Positions 1-14,760 of a DNA stretch of 64,000 nucleotides are shown here, piece after piece. The position numbers were made by a program, and so were the translations under genes. The DNA is from Octopus vulgaris (lineage: Eukaryota). The stretch is taken from assembly GCA_951406725.2 (NCBI GenBank), contig OX597816.1:82336001-82400000 (forward strand). The letters run 5' to 3'. The notes under the pieces were generated by a model. It was not told the origin of the DNA, searched no databases, and saw only the letters and a list, made by a program, of their open reading frames with translations. Positions within the stretch are counted from its first letter, which is position 1, and every line of letters starts with the position of its first letter.

Positions 1-39
1 TTTTAAAAATAACAATTTTTGAAACCATTTCTACCTCCA

Positions 40-745
40 TAATAATTATGGTTTCTAATTTAGGTACAAGGCCAGCAATTAATTTTGAGAAGAGAGGAAT
101 AGTCAATACCATCAACTCAGTAATTGGCCTGTATAATATTTTATTGATCCAAGGGATGAATAGCAAAGTTGACCTTACTAGGCTTTGAACTCACAATGTA
201 AAGAACCAGAACAAATATTACAAAGTATTTTTTCCAACATCAATGATTCTGCCAATTCACTAGTTGAAAAAATGATTTCTGATTTTGTCACAAAGGCCAT
301 TATTTTTGAAAAGAGGAGTTAGTTGATGATATCAGCCCAGTACTTGACTGGCACTTTTTATGGATTCTGAAAAGAGGCCAGACAAAATTAATCTAGGTGA
401 GATTTGAACTTAGAATGTAAAGAACCAGAAGAAATTTGGCAAGGCATTTTTCATTGCTCAAATGATTCTGCCGAATTTAGTGCCTAATAATAACTGTTTC
501 TCACATAGGCACAATGTGTGACATAAAAAAACCCCAAAATATATAGATAAAATAAAGTAGGGTTATTAAATTGGCCCAATACTGGACTGGTGCTTTACAT
601 TTTTGACCCTGAAAGAGTGAAAAGCAAAGTTGATCTAGGTTGGATTGAAAGCAGAATGTAAGGATCCATAGCTAAATACTGCAAAGCATTCTGCCTTAAG
701 TTCTAATGATTTTGCCAATCTATTGCCCTTATGATAATAATAATG
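40..745 (-). mobile_element. Head-to-tail cluster of three decayed copies of the (TTA)-tailed SINE
   Basis: The blocks ggtacaaggcc...ttgacc...tttgaactc...aatgtaaagaaccagaa...aatgattctgcc recur at about 220-bp spacing. Confidence 0.75.
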
Positions 746-1029
746 ATGGTGGTGGTGGTTTTTAACTGAGGCACTAAACCAAACATTTCTTTTGAAGTGT
801 ATATCACATACAGAGGTTTGATAAGTGACTTGAAATGAAGCTATAGACCTTTGAGTCATTTATGCAGCTGTCACATGCATTGGATGTAGAAAAGTTATTG
901 ACAGCCAGTGCATTATTCCATATAATATATGGTTACTACAAAGATATGAAGCACATATTCATGAAGAGTGGTGTGTCTCAATTAAGGAAGTAAAATATCA
1001 ATACATTTATATCTTCAAGAGAATAATTT

Positions 1030-1500
1030 TAACAATGTGCAATGACTGCCTTAGCCGCATAAAAATGAAGAAATTAACAAATTAAACAGTGAAATGATGA
1101 AAAAACTTCCAGGAGAGACTTCTGTAAATGTTAACAATGTTACTAATGACAAGTTGTTTGTATCCACCAGAATTTATTAATTCTCTTAATGTTAGAGATG
1201 TATTCCTTCACTTTAGTTAAAGAAATTGAAGCTCCAATAATATTGAAAAACCTTAATCACAGAAACAGCCAATGCAAAACTACACATTATAGACTTTCAT
1301 CAACAAATGACACTTAAATACAAGTAAAATAACTGGTGATGATGCAGAATGTACTTTTACAGACTTGCCATTTACTTTAAGAAGACATACATCAATTCCC
1401 TATCAGAAATGCATTTATCATGTCATGGGTAAAGCATATTAAAATGTAGCAATTATTTTCTTAAACCAGTGTCCACACATTATCAGCTGTATGCTACAAT
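1030..1500 (+). pseudogene. Helitron PIF1-like helicase remnant
   Basis: Fragments KNEEINKLN..LPGE, YPPEFINSLN, KNLN, DLPFTLRR, QFPI and KPVSTHYQLY. Confidence 0.7.
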
Positions 1501-3896
1501 CTGCAGCATAAAATTGACAATCTTTGCAAATCAAAATTAATTTACTACATCAAAAGAACATTGCAAACATCCCAGTGATGAAGTATATAGAAACAGCAAA
1601 AAGTTATAAGTAACATGTATTTTGTTTTTATTTCCAATTTGTGTTATAATCAATGCTGTTCAGTTCCAGGTCAGTCATGATTTTGATTTAGCAAACTAAT
1701 ATTCAAAGACATTCCATCAATGACTACTGCCTCATCTTTCTTCCAGGTTGGCACATCCAGGACTATACTGACATCCAATGTGTTTTTCTTTCTTTAAAAT
1801 AGGTGTGGTAGGAGTGATTTGGCTGCTATGTCTAGCAGGACCAGCTACAGTATAGAAGTTGTTTGTTCAAGAAATGTGCACATATACACAAGCATACTTA
1901 TGCATGTAAATAAATACATATTTAGAAAATTACTGGGACAATGTCTCTTTCAAAAATTTCAGTAGTTTAAAAAATTTAACCTTGCTATACTCATGTTAAT
2001 GGTTTCATCAAGACTAAAGGAACAAAAATAAATAAATAAATAAGTTAACCTAAGTAGTATTTCAATTTAGACTGCACAGGAATGACAATACTGTCAGATG
2101 CTTAGTTTTGTGATAGCCCACAGTTTCAGTCACTCTTGCGTTGTATATTCCTTAGCTGCATTCATCTGGTAAATGATTTGATCTAAGATAGTGTGTTGAA
2201 ACTAAAACAATGGTATCATGTCAGATCATACTTGACATTTAAACACACACACATGCATGCAAATTATTTTTGCAATAATACTACATATTATGTAACAAAT
2301 GAAATGGAATACAACTGTAAATAATGGTTTTAAATGGTTAATATGACCGCCATAATGGAAGTTGTGCACTGTCTTAAATCAAGAAAGCTAAAATGATAGA
2401 ATTCTAAGTTACATGCAAGGTGCTCCACCTTTACACAACCACAGTAATTTAAAAATTCTCACTCAGTTCTTTCATTTCATTAAAACTAAGGAGAGGCTTT
2501 TGAAATGCCATGTGTTCTGCTTCTTCACTATATTTATATGCCCCAGTTTGGTCATTTAAAATTACTATATTTACACATGACCTCAAGAGAATTATCAAAT
2601 GATTTACATTACTGTCAAAATACTTCCAGAGAATGCATTATCTAATTAAAATGATAATTTCATTAGACTCCAACATGTGCATGAAACAAAATACAATTTG
2701 AACAAAATTTCATGTTAAACTATGTCAGCATATTGTTATTTGTTAGAATGTGCAGATAAACACCCTTACTTGGTTATCTCAAAATGCTACCGATTAACAA
2801 TTGTCTAACATTTTCTACAAGATGTACTACTCAACAGAGGCAGTAATTTTCCTGACTATCCAACAAAAATAAAAGATGATCTAATAGTGTTGCATTCAAT
2901 CTCCTCTCCAACAGAAAATGCCAGAGGCTTGTATTTGCCAATTTCAAGCAAAGTAATTGAGTGAAACAAAATTTTAAAAATAAATAAGAAACAAACCCTG
3001 AAGTATAGTAAAAAAAAAAAAACAGGCTATTAATGCTGACAAGTGTGCAACAACAATCAAGTGAACTAAAAAGAAATTAGATTACAGATGTGTTATTGTA
3101 ACTGGAATCAAAACAATTTATGATTCCATTAAAATCAAAAATGAGAACTTTAATCCACATTAGGTGAAAACAAAATAAAAATGTAGATCAACAGGAAAGA
3201 TTTATTGACCTAAATCAATCAGTTTCAAATTGTACATTATTACTTAAGCTTCTTACAACAAGAACTGAAATGATCAAAAAATTGACCCAGCTTTCGTTTT
3301 CTAGGATGAATTTTTTAAAAAATCATATCCTAATTTACAAAGCTAGTCAACATATTGTTTGCACTTCAGTTACAAATCTATCTTGATCACGTAAATTTGT
3401 GACCAGCTCATCTATTTCATAGTGTATCCAGAAGTACATTACTTAATATGCCCTTCTTTTTTATATTTTACAATAGCAGAGTAAGATCCAAGGTTTGCAT
3501 AGCATTTCTAAGATGTAAAGTAACCAGATAGAGGCTCCCTCACTGTGTTAGTTTATGAAAAGGAAGAAAAGTTGATAGATTTTCCAGAGAAAAGTTTTTG
3601 TTTGCAAAGGATCTATCTACGACAAATTACTCAACCTGTGCATTACCCACTCAAAATAACTCAATAATTTTATAGTATTCTTTCTACTTAGGGTGGTGAG
3701 CTGTACTAACACAAGTTATTATTTACACTTAGATGAACTGAAATATTTACAATGCCTTGGCAAGAAACAGAGTATAGATTGGTTTCATCATCAATATCAT
3801 CATTTTGCATCCATTGGTTTATGATTCCCAAATCAGATAAGGAAAATCCTGCTATGGGTACCATATAATCCAGTACTACTTGTTTTATGGTTGGCA

Positions 3897-4806
3897 ACAG
3901 GCTGTTCAGGACATTCTGCAGGACTAAAAGCAAGACCTGTCAAAAGACAGAAATGAGCAGCTGCACTTGATACTTAAAGGAGTGCTTTGTTTTGAACTTT
4001 TGCTATACCAGATACAAGGTGCTTGGGCTAAATTTGAAAATATTTTATCTTTAACCCCCCCCCCCCCTTCTTTATGTATTGATGCTCAGTCAATAGCATT
4101 AGATCATATAAAGATTAAAGTTGTAGTTGAGAAAGAGTTAACTGACATAGAGGACTGGAAGCCATCTGAATATTGGAAAACAGTTACCTGTGTCATTTGC
4201 ACTGTCAAAATTTTTGACATAACTGCTGCTCAATGCTCTGTGAACACTGTAAAGGCTGTAAGACATGGCATTGGACAGCTGCAACAGACACTACTACAAA
4301 GCCACGGTCAGCAGGAAGGGACACAGTCAGTTCTTAGCTATAGAGGGTTACTGCTGGAAGGCCATTATGAGTGGCAGCAGGATTCAACTCCTTGCCATAA
4401 CTCTGAAAAGAGTGAGTAGTGGTTATTGGAGAATTTCTATAACTTAACCAGCCCTAAATTCTGGCCTCCTGATATCCCTGATTGTAATGTCATTGATTAA
4501 TTTATGTGGGGACTTGTTTGAGAAAAAAACATGAGCTGCTCTGCTAGCAATACCAAGGCTGAGCTGGTGGCCCAGAGGTATTCGAAGATCTTCCCAAGGA
4601 CACAATGAGGAACGCATGCACCAGTTTCCACAGCTGCTTAAACGTTGTGTTAGAAGCTGAGGGCAGACACTTTGAGTAAGCTGTTACTTCCCAGCCATAA
4701 AGTAGTTGATATTCTTTGATTTTTTTAAATATTTTATTTTTGGATGGGATATTATATACTCTTTTTCTTTAATGAAAACTATAAAATTTAACCTGAACAC
4801 CCTGTA
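3897..4806 (+). mobile_element. Decayed maT/DD37D-like (Tc1/mariner superfamily) transposon
   Basis: YEWQQDSTPCHNS..WLLENF..FWPPDIPDCNVID*FMWG at ~4365-4510. Imperfect TIRs are acaggctgttcagg (3897) and cctgaacaccctgta (4792-4806). Confidence 0.72.
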
Positions 4807-5959
4807 TAAACTGATTAAACACCCTTTTCTTATAAATTTAAGCAATATGCACAGTTATTTTTCTCATTTTAAAATCAGTTAACAACAGCAAAAATTGAAT
4901 TAAAAATCAAAGTATAAAATTCAGGTCATTAGTTAGCAGTTTGAAATCTGGATGGCAGAAATTTTCACACAAGCTGGAATAAATTTTCCAAGCATTAAAC
5001 AATGTGATTGACAATTAACAAAATTGCTTTTGGGAATAACATGCCATGAGAGAAGATGGATACAAATCAACATCTGAAAGTTAATTTCAATGTCAAATAG
5101 CTATAAAGGAAACCATACTACCTATGATAATTTTATGTCTCATACATTTAAATGGTTCTCTTTTAAATGACGTCTCTGGAAAATGACCCCCAAGCATATT
5201 TGTTTTTCATTAATATTATTTTTAAAAAAAATAGAACTCGTAAGCCAATATTTCAATAATTTTACTATGTAATACAAAACACTTGGTTATCAATTCCTTG
5301 CAATGCTTTTGCAAAATCTCTTTCTCTAAGGATTCTTTTTTTAATCTAAACTTATTCTGAGGCTGACACATTGAAAGTATAAAAAACTTAAAATCTAATC
5401 AATATCCAAAGGATGAATATCAATGAGATAACTAACGATGTACAAACCATTACATTATGTACTTAATGTACTAAGTTACTGACACATATCTTTTGCCTAG
5501 GTTATTGTCACATTTCTTCAAGAGATATGTAGATAAGCTATCCTCATGTTATCACAGCAGAAATCAATGTCTACTGATACTTTGCCAGTTAAAAAATTTT
5601 TTATTAACATATTTCCATCTAGTAACAGCAAGTTCTATTTGAAATTTTGTTGAGTTTCATCTCTCTAATGGACATAACATTCCAAATGTAAAGGTAAAAG
5701 ATATTACAAGATCAGTTTAAGGAAGAGATAAAACAAGAATAAAAAAAAGCAGAAACAACTGTTCTCTCTTACTCTACATACATACACAAACAAATCATTT
5801 GAGGAAATTAAGTGGTTTTATGGAATGGAAAATGCCAAAATTATTCTTTTAATAATTAGTCAATAGAATAGAATGCTAGCTAAAGGAATTACATATATTA
5901 ACCCAAATCATCTTACTGATGGCCTTGGCTTTTTCTGTTAAAGCCAAATTTTAAAAAAT

Positions 5960-6479
5960 ATCAGCTGAAAGCAGTTTTGGCACAAGCTGGGCAGACACAC
6001 ATCTCATACCCAAACCTTCAGTGATAATGGACTGTACCGTAACTAATCTGCACATGCTCTGATAACTCATGGATGGTGAATTGACGATTTCCCTTCACAG
6101 TTGCAATGTTTTTCTCTGTTCTGCTGGTTGAGGGTCTCCCAGAATGTTCATCATCATCAACATTTTTTCAGCCATCTTGGAAACGTCTGAACCGCTTATA
6201 TATTTGTATGCAGCTCATACACTTCTCTTCAGACACTTTCTGCAACTTTGTGTAGGCCTCTGAGCAGGTATCACCATGACAACTTTCTCTGTCATGGTCA
6301 ATGCGATGATCACATGCTAAACCCCTTCAGCTGTAAACAGTGGCAGTGAGCTAGAACATTAAAACTTAATGTGAAGGCTCAGCAGAGTTCAAGGTCAATT
6401 TCCCCAAGCAGCTTCACACTGTGCCCTTTAGCTTCATTACTATGGCAGCAGTCTGGATATTTATTGATCAGACCTTGTA
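5960..6479 (-). mobile_element. Mariner transposon 5' remnant (TIR plus N-terminal HTH)
   Basis: Minus-strand end tacaaggtctgatcaataaatatccagact; translation FRRFQDG*KNVDDDEHSGRPSTS...TIHELSE..ISYGTV..LGMRCVSAQLVPKLL. Confidence 0.8.
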
Positions 6480-7011
6480 TTCTGAAGTGATTTATAATAT
6501 ATTCAGGTACAAAATTAATGCAGCCTCTGGTACTGATTATCCCGGGATAAAAATTAGATTTGGAGTTTAAAATTTATGTTACTTCTAAAATTCTGATACT
6601 GTACATGCATACACACCACCAATATCTAATTACTAGCTTCCCACAGTTAACAAATACTTATTACCTTTGTGAGTTAAACTTGTCAGCATATCAACATAAC
6701 AGGTATAACAATAATAACTACTGCAGAGTTTACTGAAACAAACTTTCAAATTGTAATACTTAGAGACTGAGGGTTTATAAAAGGTATTTCTGGAAAGCAT
6801 TAGGTCAACAGATCATGTCAATTACATGCCTGCTCCTTGTAAACACAACAGGCACTCTTACTGATCCAACAGTCTAGCAAGGTCTTCAGGTCTAACTACC
6901 ATTTAATAGCCTGTATTTTCAGTCCTTTACATATCACAAATATAAGTCTTTTGATAGTCAGGGTAAGATTGAATATGATTGCTTAGCACAAGTGCAAAAA
7001 AATATTTAGAT

Positions 7012-7371
7012 CATACGCCGCCCCGACTGGCCTCCGTTCGTGGCCGTTGCCAGCCTCGCCTGGCCCCTGTGCTGGTGGCATGTAAAAAGCACCATCCGTC
7101 CGTGGCCATTGCCAGCCTTGCCTGGCCCCTGTGCCGGTGGCACGTAAAAAGCACCATCCGTCCGTTGGCGTCTGCCAGCTCCGTCTGGCACCTGTGCGGG
7201 TGGCACGTAAAAAGCACTCACTACACTCACGGAGTGGTTGGCGTTAGGAAGGGCATCCAGCCGTAGAAACACTGCCAGATCAGACTGGGCCTGAAGCAGC
7301 CTTCTGGCTTCACAGACTCCAGTTGAACCGTCCAACCCATGGAAAGCGGACGTTAAATGATGATGATGATG
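7012..7371 (+). mobile_element. RTE 3' UTR-only insertion (about 3 repeat units, terminal domain, (GAT)n)
   Basis: gtgccggtggcacgtaaaaagcacc units, then ggttggcgttaggaagggcatccagccg, ending gcggacgttaaatgatgatgatg. Confidence 0.9.
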
Positions 7372-7569
7372 AAATATATTTTAGACTGAGGAATTTTAAA
7401 GAGAAAGTGAGAAAGAGAAAGAATAAACTAATGCATACAAAACTTAAAATAAAAAGATGTGGATTTTATGTTTTAAATATATTTTTCAATTTTTGCATAT
7501 TATTGAGAACTTGTAAATAACAATTTCTAAAAAAAATCTTGTGATGATATTTTAAGATAATATCAGGAC

Positions 7570-7602
<33 letters not shown>

Positions 7603-7639
7603 GGAAAAGGTAGAAGTTAAAAATGCACTGAGACTAGTT

Positions 7640-8900
7640 AAAATATTTTATAGGGAGTTCATGGCTTAAATTAGTATATGTCTTGAATAGGATTTGATTG
7701 ATAGAGAATAGTCAGATGACTGGTCTTAAAAATTTTTGTAGGTTCCCTGCTATGTCTGTGTGTTAGTATCAAGTTAAGGCTGACACAGTTGACTGAACAG
7801 GTCCAATCAATGCTCTGAATGTTTTCTCTCAAGTGTTTGGAGAGAATGAACACATGCTTAAGTTTAGAACCTCTTTTTTTACATTTCTCACTATGTCTGT
7901 GAGTTAGTGTCACTGACAGTATATTTTGTACCTAAAAAGGCCAAATCAGTTAGTGAACATGTTTAGTTACAATAAAGGTACTCCAAACTCAATCAGTCTG
8001 GTGGGAGAGTGGACAGGAGTTGTTTATATGTATTCCAGTGGCTAAAGTTTAGGTTGTTTAGCTGTGTAGGTTCCTCGTGTTAAATGGCAGAATGAGTTTT
8101 GTGTGTGAATAGTTATTTGTGTATGTACTCTGTTAAAGATTAAGTCTTGATTTGTACTTTTGTATGAAAATATTTTCTTTGTTTATCTGTGGTATTCACT
8201 GAACATAGGTAGAGTGGACTTTGGGGAACTTATTTTTTGCACATATGTCTATGTGCCCATTCAGTGGAATCTGTCTAGTACTGGGGTTTCAAATTTATTG
8301 ACGATAAATGCCCAGTCTATTTCTTAGAGTAAGCTTTGTTTGACCTGTGTAATCATCATTACATCATTGACATTTGATAGCATATATTAAATTCATTGAA
8401 GAACATGTAAAGTAATTTTTAATGGTAAAAATCTGTCCTGTTTTGAATATGTATGTTGTGTCTTCAATAATGTTGATGCAAGTCCTTCAATTGGGGTGGT
8501 CACACTTCTTGACTGTTAGTGTAAGAATTGTGGAAGGTAATTTAGCACTTGTGAGGATTTTTTGAGGGACTTTGATTGTCTTTTGAAAACTTGTTTCATT
8601 CTTATTATTTACTTTTTATTATTATCTTATTATTTACTTTTTCGTAGTGGGTCTTGTAATGTATTTATCTCCTTTGTAATGTTCAATATCCATAATAACT
8701 ATAGCACTTCCCTTAAATGTTATTGTTAATCAGTTCATAAGTCTTGTCATAATGGTGCTTGCACATAAACACTATGCAGTGCTGTGATCCAGCACCTTCA
8801 CTGTTTTTAGTGTGTGATGGAGTGCATGTGGTTAAATTGATATGATACTCAACAAATAGTCTTAAAAGCAATACCATAAATAATGTACAAGGACAAAACA
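7640..8900 (-). mobile_element. Penelope-like element remnant (GIY-YIG endonuclease region and downstream sequence)
   Basis: Minus strand ~8330-8415 reads FTCSSMNLIYAIKCQ*CNDDYTGQTK, the GIY-YIG pattern, preceded by a KC..P...TC motif. Boundaries are approximate. Confidence 0.7.
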
Positions 8901-9508
8901 AGTACCTCTCACCCAGTTTACTAGTACTGCTGCTACCCATACAACCACCTACTGCTTGGGTGCCTGTAACAGAGTAGCTCTGATCTAAGGATAATTTCCT
9001 CCTTTATTTTTTCCAAAAAGTAAACAAAAAAAAAAGATCCACTTTGCTGTAATTAGGGACCATAAATGTATAGTACATTATTTTAAACATGATTGGTTGG
9101 TTTGTTGGTGTGCCATGTTTGGTTCCATTACTTTCAGACCTCTAAGCACAGACATAATCTATATTGTTTTCATGAGAGCATGTGTACATAAAAAAAGTTA
9201 GAATGTGTGCTAATGTGTCTATAGTTGTTGAAGCACACCATATATATAATAGATAGGCAGAAAGTATTAAGAATTCAAAGTACAGAGTTAATATTGAACT
9301 AAATCAAAAGATTGGTGAGCAGGGCAAAAAGACAAAAAAACAGTTTCTTGTTTGTACATAAAGTAGTTTTGTAGGGAAATATAGATGAAATAAATTTAAA
9401 AGAAAACTGTTTCACCATAAATTTGAAAATAAGTCGACAGCTACAAAGCAAAAAAAAAAAAAAAAAAACTGATTTTAACAATATGAATATTCAGCCAAGT
9501 AAACTCAC

Positions 9509-9601
9509 CTGAAGAACAAACTTTTGATCAATGAATTTTTTAGCAGAAGTTGCCACAAAGTCAGGAGATTCTAAAAACCTTAAGAAAAATTCATAGACAA
9601 T
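9509..9601 (-). CDS. PPP2R5: Next internal coding exon (93 nt, phase 0/0) of the same B56 gene
   Basis: Translation [31 protein letters not shown] directly follows WPHLQ in B56 proteins. It has a polypyrimidine tract plus ccccag acceptor and a CAG/gtgagt donor. Confidence 0.96.
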
Positions 9602-9780
9602 CTGGGGAAAAAAGAAAAAAAGAAAGGCTTTATAAGATTGGTTGATAGCTATAACAAGAGAAAGAAAGAAAAAAATTATACATATACATTAAAAAGAATT
9701 ATGGAAAGAAATAACATTTACAAATAATATGAACAAGTTACAGTGAACTTCAGTGTTAAATTGAAACAGATATAAACGTA

Positions 9781-9925
9781 AGTGCAGGAATAGATTATAA
9801 GCTTACATCCCAACTATATGGTTTCAGGTATTGCACAACATTTTGGACAAGTGTCTTCTTATACAGCCCCAAGCCAGCCAAACCCTTGTGGGTTTGATAG
9901 ACTGAAACTGAAAGCAGCGTTTGTG
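9781..9925 (+). mobile_element. CORE-like SINE, 5' part
   Basis: ggacaagtgtcttct...cccttgtg...agactgaaactgaaagcagc is homologous to the 30365-30738 element. Confidence 0.75.
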
Positions 9926-9926
9926 T

Positions 9927-10142
9927 ATCATCATCAGTTTTAACATCTACTTTTCCTTGCTTACTTAGGCCGGAGTTTATTGAGGCAGATTTCCTGTCAC
10001 CAAATCCTCACTTGTTTCCAAGTATTATTTTACCAAGGTCAGACATGTTTTCACAGAATATTGGAAATGAATGACATTGCTTTTATGACAGTGATGCTCA
10101 TTTACAAATATCATGTAATATCAAAACAAGAAAATACAAATA

Positions 10143-10178
<36 letters not shown>

Positions 10179-10330
10179 GGCTTCTTTCAGTTTCCGTCAA
10201 CCAAATCCACTCACAAGGTTTTGATCAGTTCAAGCCTCTAGATGACACTTACCCAAGATGCCTTACAGTATGACTGAACCTAAAACTATTTGGTTGGGAA
10301 GTAACTTCTTAATCACACAGCCATGCTTGA
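9927..10330 (-). mobile_element. CORE-like SINE ending in an RTE-like tail
   Basis: caggcttctttcagtttccgtcaaccaaatccactcacaagg...cacacagcc, with a catcatc tail at 9927. Confidence 0.8.
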
Positions 10331-10354
10331 ATGTGTGTGTCCGTGTCCATCTGT

Positions 10355-10387
<33 letters not shown>

Positions 10388-13300
10388 AACAGCATGTGAT
10401 TGTTGTAAACAAGCACCATTGTCATACATACAGCTTTGTTCATTTCTAGTCTTCTGTAGAAAAATAACATGCGCCTGGCTATAGGTAAATATTACCTTGT
10501 TTGGAAACATATGAGGGTTGGTTACTGGAGGGGTGATGTAAGATAATAAAAGAAGATAACTACTGTATGGGGAGTGTAATGGAGCTTGGAACTATATGAT
10601 AAATCCTTCTAGACTACATGGTTATATCTGCACTCCTGTGGTTAACCACAAGCAAATATGTGTAAATGCACAGATATGTGTTCCTGCATGCTTACACACA
10701 CAAGTATGGAGGAAGTTGTAGCTACAAATCACAATGCATGTGAATATTTGTGAAGATTACGTGAAGATTATGATGTGCAGTGTAGAATGATTGAGTGAGA
10801 GAAAGAGAGAGGGTGAGAGAGTGGGGAGGAGGTTATATCTAACCTAAAATAACTGAAAACTTGAAACTGCTGGTCATTGGAGATTGTCTTTTTTTTAACA
10901 CTTCCTAGGTGAGAGATATGTTTGAAGCCAAACATTCTCTACAAAGAGCAAAAATCACACCTCCTTTATATTGTATATATCAGAGGTTGAATTTTTCCCA
11001 TTTACTGTCAATGCAGAAACTTAATGCAGTAGCCTCAAGTAGTTTATATGAATATTTATAGTGTACTTTAGTAAAAAGACACTTAGCTGAAGACTAGCTA
11101 TGAGATATACTGTGGCATATGTACATGTCTCTTGATAACAACAAGTATGTGTTATGGGAATTGAATACAGCTCCACTCATTGACCATTTTCATTTCAGCA
11201 GAGAATACCCAGACTAACACAACCATACATACACTTTCCGCAAGAATTTGAGTTACATATACATTCATACAAACACACATATCTATATACATAGCAAGCA
11301 AGTAAGCAAACACACAAACAAATATTGAGTCAGTTGAATGAGTGAGATGTGCTCAATATATGTTGCAGAGTATCTTGGTTAACTGAAGCTGAATTTTTGT
11401 CTAGTTACTCAAGTTTCATGCCTCTGTGATCTTTAGGTGAGAACTGTTACCAACTTGGTTCTTATAGCATATTTATAATCATTGGTTTTTCTGTGGTCTT
11501 GTTTTGCATTTGCTAATTGGCTGTTATTGCTCTACTGCTTCATGGATCATTTTTGTTTTTATGAGGATGTGTGTTTCTAATTTGCATATCCTAGATTTAG
11601 CTATGATTGTTCTTTTGTGAATTGTTGAATTTAACTAAAACTAATTAAGGACAGTTCTTTTGTAAAACTTAGTTTATGGCTTGCTGTGGCTGTTAGAAAG
11701 TATGTATTTATTTCAATGGTAGTGTGTGTGTGTGTGTGTGTGTGCCCGCACGCGCATGCATGCATGCACGCCAACAGCTGGAATTCGTATATTTGTCGAT
11801 GTTTGTCAAGTTGATTGGTTATGGCTACAATAAATGGGATTGTGTGTGTGTGTGTGTGCACATATGTACATAAATGCGTAACAAATATATACAAATGTAT
11901 AATTATATACGTGTGTGTGTATGTATATCTATATAAACAGATATAAATGTTGGTTGGTTGATTTTTCCAGTCATGCTTTACATAGTATAAAGAGAGAGCG
12001 CCTGTCCTTATTCTGACAACTGCTCTTTCAAAACATTCTCTACTGCAGTTAATTAGGTTACTTAAGTAACAGAAGCTATCTCTAGGGAACCTCACAAGCA
12101 ACTGAGAGCATCTATTTCCCATGTGTTTATTACTCCTGCTTATCTGCCACATATAAAATGTCTTCTGTTGACCTGCTTATGATTTCACTGCACCTTTTGT
12201 GTAACCACAGCTTGCACTGGGTACACCTTAGGGAATTCTCCCTGCCCCTACACTCCTCACACTCCCTCTTCACCACAGCTTTCATGTACATTTCTGCTGA
12301 ATTCACCCCCTCCTTGTTGACTGCTATGGCTTAAGAATTTCAAAATATTTGGTCTCCAGCTCTACCAATCATACTCTGGGTAGTTGAATTAGAAGTATTC
12401 AGTCAACTGAACAGGATTACCATTATATTGCATTATTTTTAAGATATGTACATCCTCTTGTCTTTTAATAACGAAATTTTTCTAAGAGACATACAACAAA
12501 ATAGGACAGTATTAAAAATATATAAAAACAGAAATGCAACAAAACTATAGAAAAATTTTTAATTTTAAGTCTCATTTAAATCTGACCCCCCACCCCACCC
12601 CTGCATGCATGCACATGCAAACACACAAAATAAGGAGATAGATATTGCTGGCTTAACATCTGTTTTTCTATGCTAGCATGTACTGGGGAAATACAAAAAC
12701 ATGAACATACAAACTTTAATGCAAAGAAGCATATAAAAAATATTTACTGGAATAGAATGAAAAATTTTTCAATAGTGTTACTTTGGAAAGCAAGAACAAT
12801 GTGCAAGCAGTTGGTCGATTCAATTGATACAGAATTGAAATGGGAAAACATACCTCAAAACCAAACTAGATAATTAGTTTAATTTTAGACAAAGATTTAC
12901 ATGACAGAAATAGAGAAGAAAGGAAGAAATAGATGTAATGACTTAGCTCTAAGCAAAATGCTCAATTAAATTGCTTAACAACTAAGCTATATGAATACTG
13001 TTTGCTTGTGAGATGATTCATTCAATTAGCACATAAAATTTTGATAGCCAAAATTTGCAGGAGCTGTTCTGACCTAATTACCTAACATTTGCGATTGTCT
13101 CTTCAAATCAATTGATTTAAAGATAAACAAAATCCACCCACTTTTCTTTGGACAGAGGACATTAAAACCGAAAATTATAAATGTTGAGTATTACTATAAA
13201 TTATGAATAAAATATTACACCTTTTCATGAGGGGACTGCAACAAACTGTTGCCTAGAGCAGTATCTTTACCAATTCTGATACAATTTGCTATTTAAGTAG

Positions 13301-14672
13301 CTATGATGTACTAGTGCTGTTCTAAAAATATAACAAAAGTTTATATACTGGTTGTCTATTAGTAGACAACAAGGAGTGGAAGTAATTTCATTCCAAATAA
13401 TGTGACAAAATTGCATTGTAATTCAAAGGAACTTTTGAATTTTCTTTTAAAAAGTCAAGACTTAAAGATTAAGTAGAAAGCTTTATGCTTGAAGCCATGA
13501 ATTCAGATTTTGCTTCAGTCTTAAGATAAATTAACTTAAAGTAATAGTGAGAGGTAAGTCTGACTTTTGAAACAAGAAACAATCCTAGACATGTTTTTTT
13601 TTTTAATTTAAAAAATTTTTTTTTTATAGATATCATTAAGCTTGAGTATACTATATTATTCTAATGAGATCTTAATACAGTGACAGATGCCTTTAGTTGA
13701 TCCTTATTTGCAAACAAAGAATGGGCTTATTTCTTTCTTGAAATTATTTTCCCTTTTCTTTGAGTGACCAATAAACACTGCCAGGCTTTTGTTTTCTTTC
13801 CCCCATCTAAAAGCAAAATTTCAATAAATAATTATTTTGCATATGGGATTCTGTGAATCACCTATTATCTCTGTTCATACTATTTGTCAGTCCATTAGCT
13901 CTTCTATTTGCAATTTCAAACTTCAAGTGCTTCAATCCTGTTCCATTTTTAAGGAACACAAAAAACTCCACCGAAACTTTGTCTTTAATTTTTCCACAGT
14001 GTCATACCATATTAAACGTGTTACTAGTAGCTAAGCAGCTTTGAAGCACTTAGCCCAATGTGACTGGCAGAAGCAGTAGAATGTGGAACAAAATGCACTG
14101 TTGTATTATTATTTAGTAACAATTTTTACGCTCTGAGTTCAAATACACCAAAGTCAAATGACTTCTATTCTTTCAGGGTTGATAAACTAGAGTAGCAAAA
14201 TTGATAAATCTGAATTTGAGGAAGGGGACACAGAGGCACACAGATTCATAATAAGTTTGTGAGCCTTTGCTGAAGGTTACAAGTTTTATATTGTCCATTG
14301 ATGGATTCATTTTTTTTTTTACTACTATGAAGCTACAAGTAATGAAGTTTGTTCACACACTGACTTTATCCATAAATATATTTCATTCTACAATTGTAGG
14401 GTACTCAAATATTGTTTATGTAGTTTCATTTAAAGTGTGTGTGTGTGGGGGGGGGGTAAGAATCAGATGGTTGTGTAAATTTGGATAAAAAGTATCGCTG
14501 GATGTCCTTTCATGATTACTAGGATCTACATTCAACATAGACTGATATAGCAGAGTTAGGTAGGTTGTTCAAGGGAATAATGTACTAGCTTACATCTTGA
14601 TTCAATAGCAAGTGCAAATTTTCCAACAATGTATTTTGGTATGTACTATTGTATGTACTACATACAAAATTA

Positions 14673-14760
<88 letters not shown>

